DNA of 64,000 bases, from the NCBI GenBank assembly GCA_002269645.1, contig NIVC01001606.1, positions 103,876-167,875 of the forward strand, in the 5' to 3' direction. Below are positions 23,385 to 34,854 of this stretch, piece by piece. The notes below the pieces were generated by a model. That model saw nothing but the letters and a program-made list of their open reading frames with translations. It had not been told where the DNA came from and did not search any database. Each line of letters begins with the position of its first letter. Position 1 is the stretch's first letter. The translations under genes and the position numbers were made by a program. This stretch comes from Macrostomum lignano. Lineage: Eukaryota.

Positions 23385-26300
23385 CTACGGTTTCATTCGC
23401 GCCATCAGTAGTGCTAAAAACCTTGGCAGGAAGTAAGCAAGACCAACAGCCAGTGCTCCGACTCCAGCGGCACTGCCAATAATGGGGGCACTGACCGGGG
23501 CAGTGTGAATGACGGCTCCAACAATGATTACGCTAAATATTGGAACCAAAGTGCGGCACAAGATGTCACGTCTTCTGCCGAGGCACTCCTGCTGAGGCAT
23601 ATTGAATTTCGCTTTACGATACTGCAAAAGAAGATATGATGCAATTCCCAAAAGGGCAATTAAAAGCACCGAGCCGCCCTCAATCAGCACTAAGGGAAGT
23701 GAAGGAGCTGTGCTCAAACTTCCCGTCTCCATCAAGGTGTAGACTAATCGAAGGATTCGAACTGCAGCAGTAGCAATGCTTTGCACCGCGTTGGGTAAAA
23801 AGTGGCTAAAACGCCAGGCTAGATTATTCAGCTGAGTACTGCTCACCCGGCCATAAATTAAATAGTTGACAAGGTGTTCGCAGTTGTTAAACAGTAAACT
23901 GTAACTCCTACTGCCACACAGTTGATTGAATTTGGCGTCGATCTGATTCCAGTCTAAATCGGAGTTGTGCACGACCTTCTCGATCTGATTGTCTTCAACT
24001 CGAAGAAATCCTTGAAACTTGACGACTCCCATGTCTTTTGGATCCTGCGGCAATGCGTACGTGACCCCAACGCCGGAACAAGTGGCAGCATCCCACTCGG
24101 TTAAAATGAAATCAACCTCAGAAACTACTCCGTTGACCATCCGATTAAGAATAATGTGATCGTATTGCCTGAGACTGCGTCTATCAACTCTGTCTTCGAG
24201 TTCAACTTTTTGATTACTTTCCGAAGCCTTTAGTGATTTTTCTCTAATAAGTTTCTTCATTTTGTCCTGAATTTCGGCCAGGTCAGTACCGAACAGGCTT
24301 TGAATGCCGCACATCCAACCGGCATCAGAATTAGTTCTCAGCCAGAAGCAAAAGTCCCGGCTGCAAACCTTGCTGCCAAACTTCTTGGCCTTCGCAGTCC
24401 ATCCCTTCCTGTCGTCGTCGGCATTCAAAAACGTGCAGTCCGTCAGCTCCTCCAGAATAGCAAAACCAGCGGCTTCTTCAAAGCCGTAGTAGTTGACGCG
24501 TCGAATCGAGCTCTCACCCGGGCCAATGACGAGCTTTTCAAATCGCACCCGTTTCTGGTCGTGATTATTTTCGTACAACTCGACCCGAACAATATCGCTG
24601 CAGCCATCCACTGCAGAGCAGCTGCGCATAATTGCTTCGTGCTTGTAAAAGCAAGGCGACTTGTAGAACTTTATGTGGCCTCTCTCGAACTTAAGAAGGT
24701 CTTTTGCCGAGTGCACGGGAACTGCGCACTGCTCCCTGTTGCTGCTATGCTTGACGCTGCACCAGCGAGCAAAGTCGCGACTGCTGTTCCACTGGAAGTT
24801 GTGCTGCTTCTCTTTGAGTCGGTCGTTTGCTCTTTTAATCACCTCTTTTGGGGTGAACACGCAGCTTTCCAGTACATCGTACTTAACTGTGTAAAGTTTC
24901 TGCTTTTTTAAGTCTATTGATAAACTTTTTCTGTCAATCTGACCTCTCCACGAACCTCTGTAAAAAATGACATCGATTGCAGCGCAGTGGGAATTATTCG
25001 CATCCGGTAGCACCGGGTTTCTGACCACCACAGCGTGCTGGAACAGAGAATACCAATGGTCTCTCCAAGAAATGACCGAGCCAGCTGAAATGCTTTGCAT
25101 ATCATGTACTTCTTCAGCCATATGTGCTGGTGCCTGGCTACCACCGCCATACAATTGGCAGTTCAAGCTGGGATCATTGTGTACGCACAGCTTGGCGTCC
25201 TTCTCTTCAGCATCAATGATGTACTTTAGTTGTGACACACACAAATTTTGTTTTTGAGAGCCATAGTGGAGCGTTTTAATGCTGACTTGTTTGGATGACT
25301 CACCGCTGCCGATACTGATGCCCGCAACAACACGATAGACACCATTCACAAGTATGATGTCGCCAACTCTAAGGCCATCACAAGCCACGGATAACTCATT
25401 GTCATGATTGGGAGTAACACTCTCAACCAATTCGGGCCGATTGCTTTGCACTTCATTTTGAGTCAATGCATCCCAAATGCTGTCTTTCCAATCATCAAAT
25501 CTGCTATCGCAGTTCGTCACCAGGCGACAAATTTTGAATGAACTTTCACTGTGGTTGAAGGCCAAATTTTCTATGAACTCAATCCGACGAATCAATTCCG
25601 CTTCACTGAAGACACGAGACTGATATTGAATGACTCGAGTCACGGGCTCATCCCTTTTGAGCACTAGTTCGCTTGTGTGCACGTAATGCAATTCATGGGG
25701 CTTGATTACTTGCAATTCGAGCAAAAGTTTTCGCCCATTATTCAGTTTAGTTACTTTGGTCACTTCTCCGTGAAGTCTGTTTTTTAGACCGCAGCTAAAT
25801 TCAAGATGATCACCTTCTTTAATTTCGTGAGTGTGAAAGCCATCTAGAAATATGGGCACCGAATTGTCAGCTCTGTGGCTGATGGACTTGGTCTTACACC
25901 ACATGACAAACCGAGTGCCACAGTTAGCAATTAGAGAGTATTCCTGCTCGTTGAGGCGGCTTCGAGCTCTGTCAACCACAACATCGGGTTCGTGGCACCA
26001 GAGATCCGAGAAGTGGCAGAGAAAGCACTTCGGATGCACCTGCTTAGTTCGCTGTCTGTCATATTTGAAAACAAAGTCCTCCCTGATCACTGCTTTACCG
26101 TCAAGCCACGATTTCGATCCGTAATGAATAGCAGTGACAATGTATTTTTCATTTTCACGCGCCAGTTTTTCCACGATAACCCTGTGCCACTTGCCATTGT
26201 ACCACAGGCGAATGACATCACCCTCCTTTAGCTGTTTAAGCAACTGGAGGGTTACCGGTTCCTCTGAGTAGATACCTGCTACATTTACCGGAGATGAGTC

Positions 26301-27524
26301 TTCTAAGTCCAAAGGACAATCAGCGGTGTTGTCATTGTGCACGCACAGCGTTGTTTCCGTCTCTTCCTTTTTTATCAGATACTTTAACGTGCAAGTCTTG
26401 CGATTTTCGTGGTCAACTTCACTGTAGTTGACTAATTCAACGCTGACTTCATCCGCGCTGCAAACTACACGGCAGACTACTCTGTAGGCATCGTCAACAA
26501 AAATGATGTCGCCTCTTTGAAGCTTTTTTGCTTTGACCATCTGGGTCAATGGTCGAATCGGTCTACTCTGATTCGACATCGGTGCTACTTGCTGCCTCCA
26601 GTCCTGCCCGTGGCGACTGGCATCGGTGAGAAGAAGGCAAAATTGCAGAGTCGAAATGCGCCTCGGATACGCCAGGCCGCGCATCAATTCGATCCTGTGG
26701 AGAAATTCCTCAGTCTCCACGCACTTCGATACCGATTTCACTACCGGAACGAGCTCTTTCGATTGTATAAATTTTCGCTTAGAAATGTTCACAAAGGAAA
26801 TTCGATCCCTCATCAAGTCCTGCGTGGAAACACTCAACGATAGTAAATAAATGTCCTCGCACATCTCTTGGCTACTTCGTACGACTGCATGAATTGATCC
26901 AGAGTCGTGCTTAAGACTCAAATGATCTCCAACTTTTACTTCATGGGTTTCAAAATTTCCAGGCAGATAAATTGGCACGGTACAATGTTTTCTGTGAGAT
27001 TGGTCCTTGGTCTTGCACCAAAGTATGAAACCTGACTTATTAGTAAGGCGTTTCTCGTTCAAGAGACTTCGAGCTCTCCTGACAACTACGTCAAGAGCAT
27101 GGCAGCACGATTTTGGAAAGTGTCGAAGTTGGCAACTGGGTTTCAGATGTTTTGATCTTTTAGAATTCAGAATTTTAACTATTAATATTTCTTTGATTAC
27201 TCTTTTCTCAATTCGGCCGAAAACTCTGCATAGTTTGGGATAAATTGTCCAAAATGTAAAGAATCCGTCTTTGACTTCAACTTTAACAACGATTTCTTCA
27301 GAACGTCCTGACGCTTTGATGACATCTCCAGGCCTTACATTTCGAATCGATTCCGGCGTTAAAGTTTCGTAGCTCTGAATTGAGCCTGTAACCGGTGAAG
27401 GTCTCTCAGCTTGCAGAGCTGCTGCCTCGGGGGTGCCGGGCGGCTGGGCGGCCACCACAGCTGCTGCAGCCTCTTGTTGAAGGGGCAGCCGCTGTGCAGT
27501 CTTCGAGCCTTCGAGTGCCTGCAT
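23385..27524 (-). CDS. poly-LRAT/PLAAT-like membrane protein, copy 3, 1379 aa, ~9 modules
   Basis: Single long ORF with an acceptor TTTCAG directly before ATG. An extra N-terminal three-module block; an internal module with WHRVIV/IHYG/YSLIANCG; terminal YSLLFNNCEHLVNYLIYG; hydrophobic tail. Confidence 0.9.
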   Translation of the reverse strand: MQALEGSKTAQRLPLQQEAAAAVVAAQPPGTPEAAALQAERPSPVTGSIQSYETLTPESIRNVRPGDVIKASGRSEEIVVKVEVKDGFFTFWTIYPKLCRVFGRIEKRVIKEILIVKILNSKRSKHLKPSCQLRHFPKSCCHALDVVVRRARSLLNEKRLTNKSGFILWCKTKDQSHRKHCTVPIYLPGNFETHEVKVGDHLSLKHDSGSIHAVVRSSQEMCEDIYLLSLSVSTQDLMRDRISFVNISKRKFIQSKELVPVVKSVSKCVETEEFLHRIELMRGLAYPRRISTLQFCLLLTDASRHGQDWRQQVAPMSNQSRPIRPLTQMVKAKKLQRGDIIFVDDAYRVVCRVVCSADEVSVELVNYSEVDHENRKTCTLKYLIKKEETETTLCVHNDNTADCPLDLEDSSPVNVAGIYSEEPVTLQLLKQLKEGDVIRLWYNGKWHRVIVEKLARENEKYIVTAIHYGSKSWLDGKAVIREDFVFKYDRQRTKQVHPKCFLCHFSDLWCHEPDVVVDRARSRLNEQEYSLIANCGTRFVMWCKTKSISHRADNSVPIFLDGFHTHEIKEGDHLEFSCGLKNRLHGEVTKVTKLNNGRKLLLELQVIKPHELHYVHTSELVLKRDEPVTRVIQYQSRVFSEAELIRRIEFIENLAFNHSESSFKICRLVTNCDSRFDDWKDSIWDALTQNEVQSNRPELVESVTPNHDNELSVACDGLRVGDIILVNGVYRVVAGISIGSGESSKQVSIKTLHYGSQKQNLCVSQLKYIIDAEEKDAKLCVHNDPSLNCQLYGGGSQAPAHMAEEVHDMQSISAGSVISWRDHWYSLFQHAVVVRNPVLPDANNSHCAAIDVIFYRGSWRGQIDRKSLSIDLKKQKLYTVKYDVLESCVFTPKEVIKRANDRLKEKQHNFQWNSSRDFARWCSVKHSSNREQCAVPVHSAKDLLKFERGHIKFYKSPCFYKHEAIMRSCSAVDGCSDIVRVELYENNHDQKRVRFEKLVIGPGESSIRRVNYYGFEEAAGFAILEELTDCTFLNADDDRKGWTAKAKKFGSKVCSRDFCFWLRTNSDAGWMCGIQSLFGTDLAEIQDKMKKLIREKSLKASESNQKVELEDRVDRRSLRQYDHIILNRMVNGVVSEVDFILTEWDAATCSGVGVTYALPQDPKDMGVVKFQGFLRVEDNQIEKVVHNSDLDWNQIDAKFNQLCGSRSYSLLFNNCEHLVNYLIYGRVSSTQLNNLAWRFSHFLPNAVQSIATAAVRILRLVYTLMETGSLSTAPSLPLVLIEGGSVLLIALLGIASYLLLQYRKAKFNMPQQECLGRRRDILCRTLVPIFSVIIVGAVIHTAPVSAPIIGSAAGVGALAVGLAYFLPRFLALLMARMKP

Positions 27525-28113
27525 CTGAAATTGTCTGGGTTTTTTAGAAAGCTAATTTCGGCAATTAGTGGTCCTTGAATATGGATGTAGCACATTGCCA
27601 AGGAGAACTAATGTAGAAGGTCAGATTTCAGATTTTGCTCTAGAGACCGGTTTTCGATGCGCAATACGAAAAAATTATGATACAGCTCCAGAGAAAGTAT
27701 TGTGTCCTCACATAAGTTATACGGGTTTAAATATTTTCTGGGTTAATAATAAATATAGCCGAATAAAGTCCCAAAAGACGTAAATAATGTTTTTGGAAGT
27801 CGCTATATCCATGTCTTATCGGGGTCCAAGAGAATTGCCCGCCGAGTTTTTCTCGTATTTCCGGCAGCGAGATTCCGGTATTTCCGGTAAAATTTACGGG
27901 CTTCAATCAAGAATAAAATGAGTACTATCACATAAGACTGAATTATAATCATCAGTTTTAGAAGTCAGTCGTCACTATAACTAAATAGAGCAATGTTACA
28001 TCGTTAGGAAAACTCTTGATAGTCATGAGGTCGACTCATGAAGCTTTGAGATTTTGTCAGCAATGATAAAAAATCAATAAGGAATATTTTAGCTGCTTAC
28101 CAATGCAGAAGTT

Positions 28114-28975
28114 TGTAGAAGAAAATCAATAAGCAGTTATACAAGTGTACCTTTTTGGGCAATGAAGCTTAAAGCACTGCTATAGGCTTTAAAACTGTCT
28201 GCTTGTTTGACGCGAAGAAACTTTTATTAACTCGAGCTTATCACAGCGAAACAACTTCTACAAGAATGCACTTCTTTTTTGTCTATCCTGTCATTGATAG
28301 TGCGAGCCATAAAAGCGTGGTTTAAGAATGATTACCCAAAAACGCGTGAGGCCCACCTCACTGTCGCACGCCAATATATTTGAACTAGAACGGGGGCTGA
28401 GTGCACCCACTACCAACATGCATGCGATAACAAGCAACCCTCACCCCCAAAGACAGCGCTTGCACGAGCACCCTACAGAGCCCTGCGCACTAACAAGTCG
28501 ACTACATCACTTTCCCCTTTGTCGACAGCGGATGGAAGCTCCAGTGATGACGAAGACGGAAGCTGCAGGTAGTCAGGTGCTCAGGACTCGGTACGACCCT
28601 TTCCACTTGTCACTCAGGCTCCGCGTCTGGCCGCACTTAGTTGCAGAGCACCACGAGCTGGCCCTCCAAGAACGGCACAATATGGCAGTCCTGGTTGGCG
28701 AGCCAGTTCCGCTCGATCTGCGCACGCCGCAGCTGGCCATGCACCGAGTCAACGGTGCTCTGCCAGGGTTTTCTGAGTCCGCTGCAGGAAGCCGCGATGT
28801 CCACCGTCCGCTGCCGGCCGGTCGCCGTTATCAGCCAGCTGTCAAGAGCCATGCAGTCTGGGTGGCCAGCCTTGAAGGCCTACTATATGGGCTGAGGCCG
28901 GTGGTGCTGTGCACCGAGGTTTTATAGGCCCAGGTGATGTACGGAAGCTTCCATTCCTAGTCCTGTTGGTTCCCC
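28114..28975 (-). mobile_element. degenerate Ty3/gypsy LTR retrotransposon 3' fragment (integrase C-terminus, PPT, putative 3' LTR)
   Basis: Minus-strand translation NQQD*EWKLPYITWAYKTSVHSTTGLSPY and SLSDKWKGSYRVL (GPY/F-like). Polypurine tract AAAGGGGAAAG (28510-28520) followed by TGTAGT at 28506 and AATAAA at about 28225. The LTR end at 28114 is tentative. Confidence 0.75.
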
Positions 28976-29114
28976 AACACTCCGATAACCATGGCGTCTA
29001 TAGATGCACAATCCAGTGCATACTGCAATGCAGAGTCTGAGTCTGCAGAATCTGAGGCCCCCAAACATTTTAGTAAAATAATGAATAGCATGGGTTCTGT
29101 CCCTTTCTTTTAGG

Positions 29115-29283
<169 letters not shown>

Positions 29284-31884
29284 ATTTCGCTCTTTTTTGA
29301 CTGACCTCACGAGGCAATTAGATGCTTGAAAAAATGCTGAAACCTTCATCTGGGAATGGCCTTACACGGTTCAGCGCTCGACATATTATTAGACTTGGGG
29401 TGTTAGACTGATTGACAATTAAAAGCAAGCAGAGACTGTGAGATATGAGAATGAGATATAAGAATGAGATATGAGACTAATCAGTAATTACTAATCAGGT
29501 TTTGGTGGGAAACGTTATGAGTAAAGAGCAGTTGGGTCAGAGAAGCATCCGTTTGTGATATTTCTTGACTTAGAAAATTTCAACTGAAGGGAATTCAAGG
29601 TAAGGGGGAACTAAGGGGAAACTAGAATATAGGAAATATAGGAGTCTTGCCTCTCATGGGGAGTCTTGCCCTAGCACATATCAAGGAAACACAAGGAGGA
29701 TTAATGTTTTAAACCGTTTTTTCACTAAATATCATTAAATGAACCAGCAATCCACTAAAATAATCGAAATAATATTTAATATAATAAAATCAATAGCATA
29801 AACCGCGAGAGGTCACGATTCGAACAACTATGGTATGGTTGACGATGGTTGAGCTACTGCTCACGGGCTCTTCATTAAACGAAAGCAAAAACTTTAGAAA
29901 TGAATTTTTATGAGATTTCTTTTGCAAAAAAGCAACTATTGTTTCTGTAGAATAATTGCCTGTACGTAGGGCTTAGAAATCCGCAAGAAGGGACCAGAAA
30001 AAAGCCAAGCCGAGGCCAGGCTAGCTGATTAGGCAAGGCCAGGTTAAAAGAGCAAAAAGAAAAAAGCAAAGAGGTCAGCAGCGGGGTTGATAAGATCACA
30101 GCCACCATCCATTCCAGATACAAGTGGGGGTGAGATTACGTTAATGAACAGCCGAGGTGCCAGTTAAAGCAAGACGGCGAGAAGATTTAGCTGGCAGGCG
30201 AGATAAAGCTCGAAAACCAACGACCAACCCCGGGAAGCATAGCAACCGCAAAAAAGCAGATAAAATGACTCAAGACTCACTCAACGGAGCCAAAATACTG
30301 ATACTAAAAATCTATCCTCGCCCCCGTAGCGAACCTACTATTTTATTTTAATTTAATTTGTTGCATGTGTTTGTTTATTTAAACCCCTGCCGTTGCTAAC
30401 CATGCGTTAAGGGAACGAAAGATAATAAAATATATAGCATGGACCAGGCATCTAAGCTGTTTAGAAATCTCTTAAACACTTGAGTCTTGTTACTATTTTG
30501 CGTTTAAGACTGAAAAGAACGCAGAAAGATCTCAACAGCAACACGATGTTGATTTTAAGCCCTCTTAAGTATGACTGATCAAACTACACTGGACGAAATT
30601 AGGACGTCAAATGAAAAACCGGAGAACTACACGAGCGTATAAGGGGCTGATACTCGTGGTTTGGTGTCCAAGCGTTCTGACGCGAACATCAGTCACGTAG
30701 GATCGTCCAGATGCCTTCATACTACGGGAAGCTGTGACCACTCGCGTCCTGACGCAGGCGAGCAAGGACCTGAATACCTGTACTACGAGCCGTACTGTAC
30801 CTCGTACTCTTTATCCAGGTGTTCAGGGATTTAACAATTATCAAAACTGCAAAATCAGTCAAGATTGTCTGTGCGATGGATAGCCTCGGAAAAATATTGT
30901 ATCTTTAACAGAAGCACCCTGTAACGAGTCCGGTATATTTACTTTGCGGAGGCTAGAGTAGGGAACGATAGTAGTACTAGTAGTAGAATATATATTTAAC
31001 TGGCTACGCATGTCATTGCGTACACTGAAGATTTAAACTAAACTGCTATGCTTTCGATCTTGCATACACTGGTTGATCCACGTCCAAGACTGCCATGCGC
31101 TTACAGAAATTACTACTAGTTGAATGTTCAAATATGAGTAGAATTTCTTGGAAACGAATCGAATTAAACAAAATAGCATATTATTAGAACCATAGCCTAG
31201 ATAGAATAAATTGACGCACAAAATCATTACAACTATAAAGGAATAATATCTTGATTAAAGTTTAGAGAATACGCTCGTTCATTTGCTTTTCTAATTACAG
31301 AATAATTAAACCGATACAGTGTCAATTGCGAAAAGACGTGTCGCATTCATATTTTTAAGCCACTTAAAGTAAATTTGCGAAAAACGTTGTACGAGAGCGT
31401 AGTCGCTAATTTTAAATAAAGTCATTGAAAACATGGAAACCAAATACACCACTAAAACTTGCAAAAATCTTGAATAACAGACTTGTTATTTGAAATTGTT
31501 ATTGAAAATCTTTACCATTACTCTTGTTATTGCATATGGATAAGCATATTTGGACTGGGAGTCGGTGAAATAGCATTCATGACACCGGAAACAACACGTA
31601 CATCTGGTATACTATTATAGCTACTATGCGGAACGAAATTTAATGATTTAATATTTCACCTTAGAAATAAAAAGAATTGTTTATAAAGCGAGTTTTTTGG
31701 CGAAGGTACATAGTTCGATTTCACTATTAGAGTTTAGAGTTTTTAGAGCCAAGCGTTCTGACGCATTTCTGAAATCACGGCAGAAAAAAACTAACAGGCG
31801 ATAGTAACGAACGTACTTGGGAAATATTCCGTTGAAGAATTTTGAAGTCAGCAGACGCCATACCGTCTATTATCGTAGTTTTAG

Positions 31885-34854
31885 CTAAGGCCTAAGGCAT
31901 TTTAAAAGTGCCCAGAGCTTAGGAGCGAAGTATCCGACTACTGCCGCAAATGAACCGATTCCGACACCAAGGAAAATTGCTGGCCAACTTGACAGTAGCA
32001 ACACGTGAACCAGTCCGAATGCTAAGATAGCTCCTAGAAGCGCACAGCCTCCCATGGACAGGATGTTGATCAATCGATATTTAAACTCGTGATCAGGCAT
32101 GGCCAAGTCTGCTTGACGTTTTCGAAGCCAGACGATCGAGCTAATGATCATCAGCGCAATGAAACCAAGGCCTAAACCCTCGCACCACCATGTTAATCCA
32201 TCTGGAATGGTGCCAATCACATCACCAACAGGAGAAAATGATGAGAATTGTTTTCCAAATCCTTTAAAAAATCGAAAAACATAAACCATTATAGTGCGCA
32301 AAAATCTCAGTACATACTTTGTTCCAAGGCCTGTCACCCGGCTTAACTGAGAGCAGGTAAGGCGGCCATAAATCAGGTAATTAACAAAATGTTCACAGTT
32401 GTTAAAAAGTAGGCTGTATTCCTCAATTCCTTCCAGCTCTTTAAACTTGGCATCAATTTGGTCCCAGTTGAGCTCGGAGTTGTGCACCACTTTCTCAATG
32501 TGACCCGGGCCCGTCACTCGCAGAAAGCCATCGAACTTCTTAAATCTTAAGCCGACCTTTTCAGCGGAAAACTCGTACGTCATACCGACACCAGTGCACG
32601 CAATTGAATCCCACTCAGTGACAATTAAATGAACCTCAATGTCCTTTCCGTTAGCTTTGCGAGTGAGAATGATGTGGTCAAAAATATTGACGCTGTCTCT
32701 TCCAATCTCCTCCACTTCCACCTGTTTTCGGGTACTCTGATCGAACAACTCTTGAACTGCCTTTTCTCCTCTCTCGCAGTAGCTGGTTTTAATCCAGCAA
32801 CAGAAATCCTCACTCTTTACTCTGCTGCCACACTTCTTAACGATTGGGCCGCTGAACCCAAGCCGATCATCGTCCGCGTTTAAGAATGTGAGGCCGAGTA
32901 GCTGCTCGACACTGGCAGAGTTGACTTCGCGACGTTCTGCGTACCTTACTCGTCGAACGGTTTCGTTCTCTGAAATATTCAGCTGCTCTTTTCTGACACA
33001 TTTATAAGCAACATTGTTCTCGTACATGCTAACTCTCAAGATATCATTGCATCCTTCTACTTTGCTGCAATCCCTTAGAATTGCGTGATGCGAGTACGGA
33101 AGGAGCTTCAAAAATCTAACGTGACCCTGCTTGAATGCATGGAGTTCATCAGCAGAGTTGACGGGGACGCGAGTCTGTTCTCGATTACTCTGGTGCTTGA
33201 TGCTACACCAGCGAGCGAAGTCCCTGCTGCTGTTCCACTGGATGTTGTGCTGCCTCTCGCCCAGGCGTGAGCGGGCTCTTTCGACGACTTCATTGCTGGA
33301 GTACATGCTTTTATCTGAGACATTGTAGGTCACTCGATAGATTGTGCTCTTCGAAACATTTAAAGTGAAGCTTTTCTCTGCTATGAGTGATCCTAGCTCG
33401 TATGAAATGGCACTAAAAGATACTATATCAGAAGATTCAACAAAAAACTCAGATTCAGTAGCACTCTCATTGTCTGTTGCGACACTGGAAACGACACAGT
33501 GTTTAAACAGTTGGGATCCGCTTCTGATACTGATTATACACCCTTTCTGTATCTGAGCTGAATCCTTGATTCTTTCGAAAGTGTAACTTGGCTTCTTTCG
33601 TCCTCCACCTTCCAGAGGGCAGTCTAATGCGGCGTCATTGTGTACGCAGAGAATCGCGTCCCGTTCTTTAGCTTCAATGGCAAGCTTTACTTCGATCGGT
33701 TCATTGGCTTTTAATTCTTTTTTTCCATACAGCATAGTAGTAATTTCGACTTTAGAATCGTTGAACGCTACATTAGTTACAACTTGGTAATGGTCCTGAA
33801 TATATACAATGTCTCCTTTGTTCAGATTTTCGGCAGGCTTTGTAGGTTTAAAGAATCGAATTCGGAAACTCCAATGTTTTTTAGGCACGTCGACCACTGT
33901 TTGCATCCATTCCTCATCAGACACGTTGGGGTTGGTCAGATGCAAGCAGAAATCGTGCATTCTAGCTCGCTTATTCTTGTAGATCAGGTTCTTTATTTTT
34001 TCAGTGCGATTGGACAAATCCATACCTTGCGAGTTGACGCTTAATTTTACTAACTTGTTTCTCTGCAGCTCAATGTTTCGTTCGTGAACCATCCTGATGT
34101 GCTTAGTTCCTGTATCAACAGAAGTAGCTCTCATCGTTAGTTCAAACTTTGAATTGTTTAATTTAGTGGTCGTCAAGACCTTGCAGTGCAATCTGTCGCG
34201 TCCTGCACATTTGACTTCCAGATGGTCGCCTGATTTCACGGAGTGAATCATTTTCTTATTATCTTCAGAGACGTAAATCGGGACTAAGTTGTCTGGCCGA
34301 TGGCTGGAACACCTGGTTTTGCACCACCTGACGAAGTCTGAAGCCGTGTTTCCAAAAAATGAGTGCTGAGCTTCGTTTACACGGCTCCGAGCTCGCTGAA
34401 CCACAACTTCAGGTGAGTAGCACCATTCATTTGGCTGGTGCTGAAGCCAACATTTCGGCTTTAAGACCGATGAGCTTCCATCCGCTTGAATACTGAAAAC
34501 ATCGCGAACTATCCGGCGTTTAATTCCCTGCCTACCGTAGTAAATGGCACTAATTGTCGCCTTTTCAAAATTTTCGTTCGCGTCTTTTTTTACTTCGACG
34601 CTGTCCACAATCATCCTGTGACTGAATCCGCAGTACTTTCTGTTTATCACGTCTCCGGGAGACAATTTTTGAATGGTCTCTTTAGTAATCAACTCCCAGT
34701 TGTCTTTAAGTGAAGTACAATGCGTTTCGGCATTGTGTTGCTCATTACTGTCTGAGTTTATAGCTGCAGTGCTACTGAGGTTCTGTTCGCTATCTTGATC
34801 AGAATCAACATGTAAAAGTTCTTCACGTTCATCGCTGACGACTTCTTGCTGCAT
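31885..34854 (-). CDS. poly-LRAT/PLAAT-like membrane protein, copy 4, 989 aa, ~6 modules
   Basis: Single ORF with an acceptor CACTTCAG directly before ATG. Same module order as copy 1; the terminal module has EVHLIV and YSLLFNNCEHFVNYLIYG; hydrophobic tail. Confidence 0.9.
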   Translation of the reverse strand: MQQEVVSDEREELLHVDSDQDSEQNLSSTAAINSDSNEQHNAETHCTSLKDNWELITKETIQKLSPGDVINRKYCGFSHRMIVDSVEVKKDANENFEKATISAIYYGRQGIKRRIVRDVFSIQADGSSSVLKPKCWLQHQPNEWCYSPEVVVQRARSRVNEAQHSFFGNTASDFVRWCKTRCSSHRPDNLVPIYVSEDNKKMIHSVKSGDHLEVKCAGRDRLHCKVLTTTKLNNSKFELTMRATSVDTGTKHIRMVHERNIELQRNKLVKLSVNSQGMDLSNRTEKIKNLIYKNKRARMHDFCLHLTNPNVSDEEWMQTVVDVPKKHWSFRIRFFKPTKPAENLNKGDIVYIQDHYQVVTNVAFNDSKVEITTMLYGKKELKANEPIEVKLAIEAKERDAILCVHNDAALDCPLEGGGRKKPSYTFERIKDSAQIQKGCIISIRSGSQLFKHCVVSSVATDNESATESEFFVESSDIVSFSAISYELGSLIAEKSFTLNVSKSTIYRVTYNVSDKSMYSSNEVVERARSRLGERQHNIQWNSSRDFARWCSIKHQSNREQTRVPVNSADELHAFKQGHVRFLKLLPYSHHAILRDCSKVEGCNDILRVSMYENNVAYKCVRKEQLNISENETVRRVRYAERREVNSASVEQLLGLTFLNADDDRLGFSGPIVKKCGSRVKSEDFCCWIKTSYCERGEKAVQELFDQSTRKQVEVEEIGRDSVNIFDHIILTRKANGKDIEVHLIVTEWDSIACTGVGMTYEFSAEKVGLRFKKFDGFLRVTGPGHIEKVVHNSELNWDQIDAKFKELEGIEEYSLLFNNCEHFVNYLIYGRLTCSQLSRVTGLGTKYVLRFLRTIMVYVFRFFKGFGKQFSSFSPVGDVIGTIPDGLTWWCEGLGLGFIALMIISSIVWLRKRQADLAMPDHEFKYRLINILSMGGCALLGAILAFGLVHVLLLSSWPAIFLGVGIGSFAAVVGYFAPKLWALLKCLRP

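Noticed and set aside
21343-24911. ~205-aa plus-strand ORFs present in both duplicates
   Set aside because: Antisense shadows of the poly-LRAT CDS; they recur only because the DNA is duplicated.
28328-28927. 199-aa plus-strand ORF
   Set aside because: Antisense to the gypsy integrase relic, with no recognisable motifs.
29790-29860. tRNA/SINE-like boxes on the minus strand (TAGCTCAACC...GTTCGAATC)
   Set aside because: Too degenerate to support a call.
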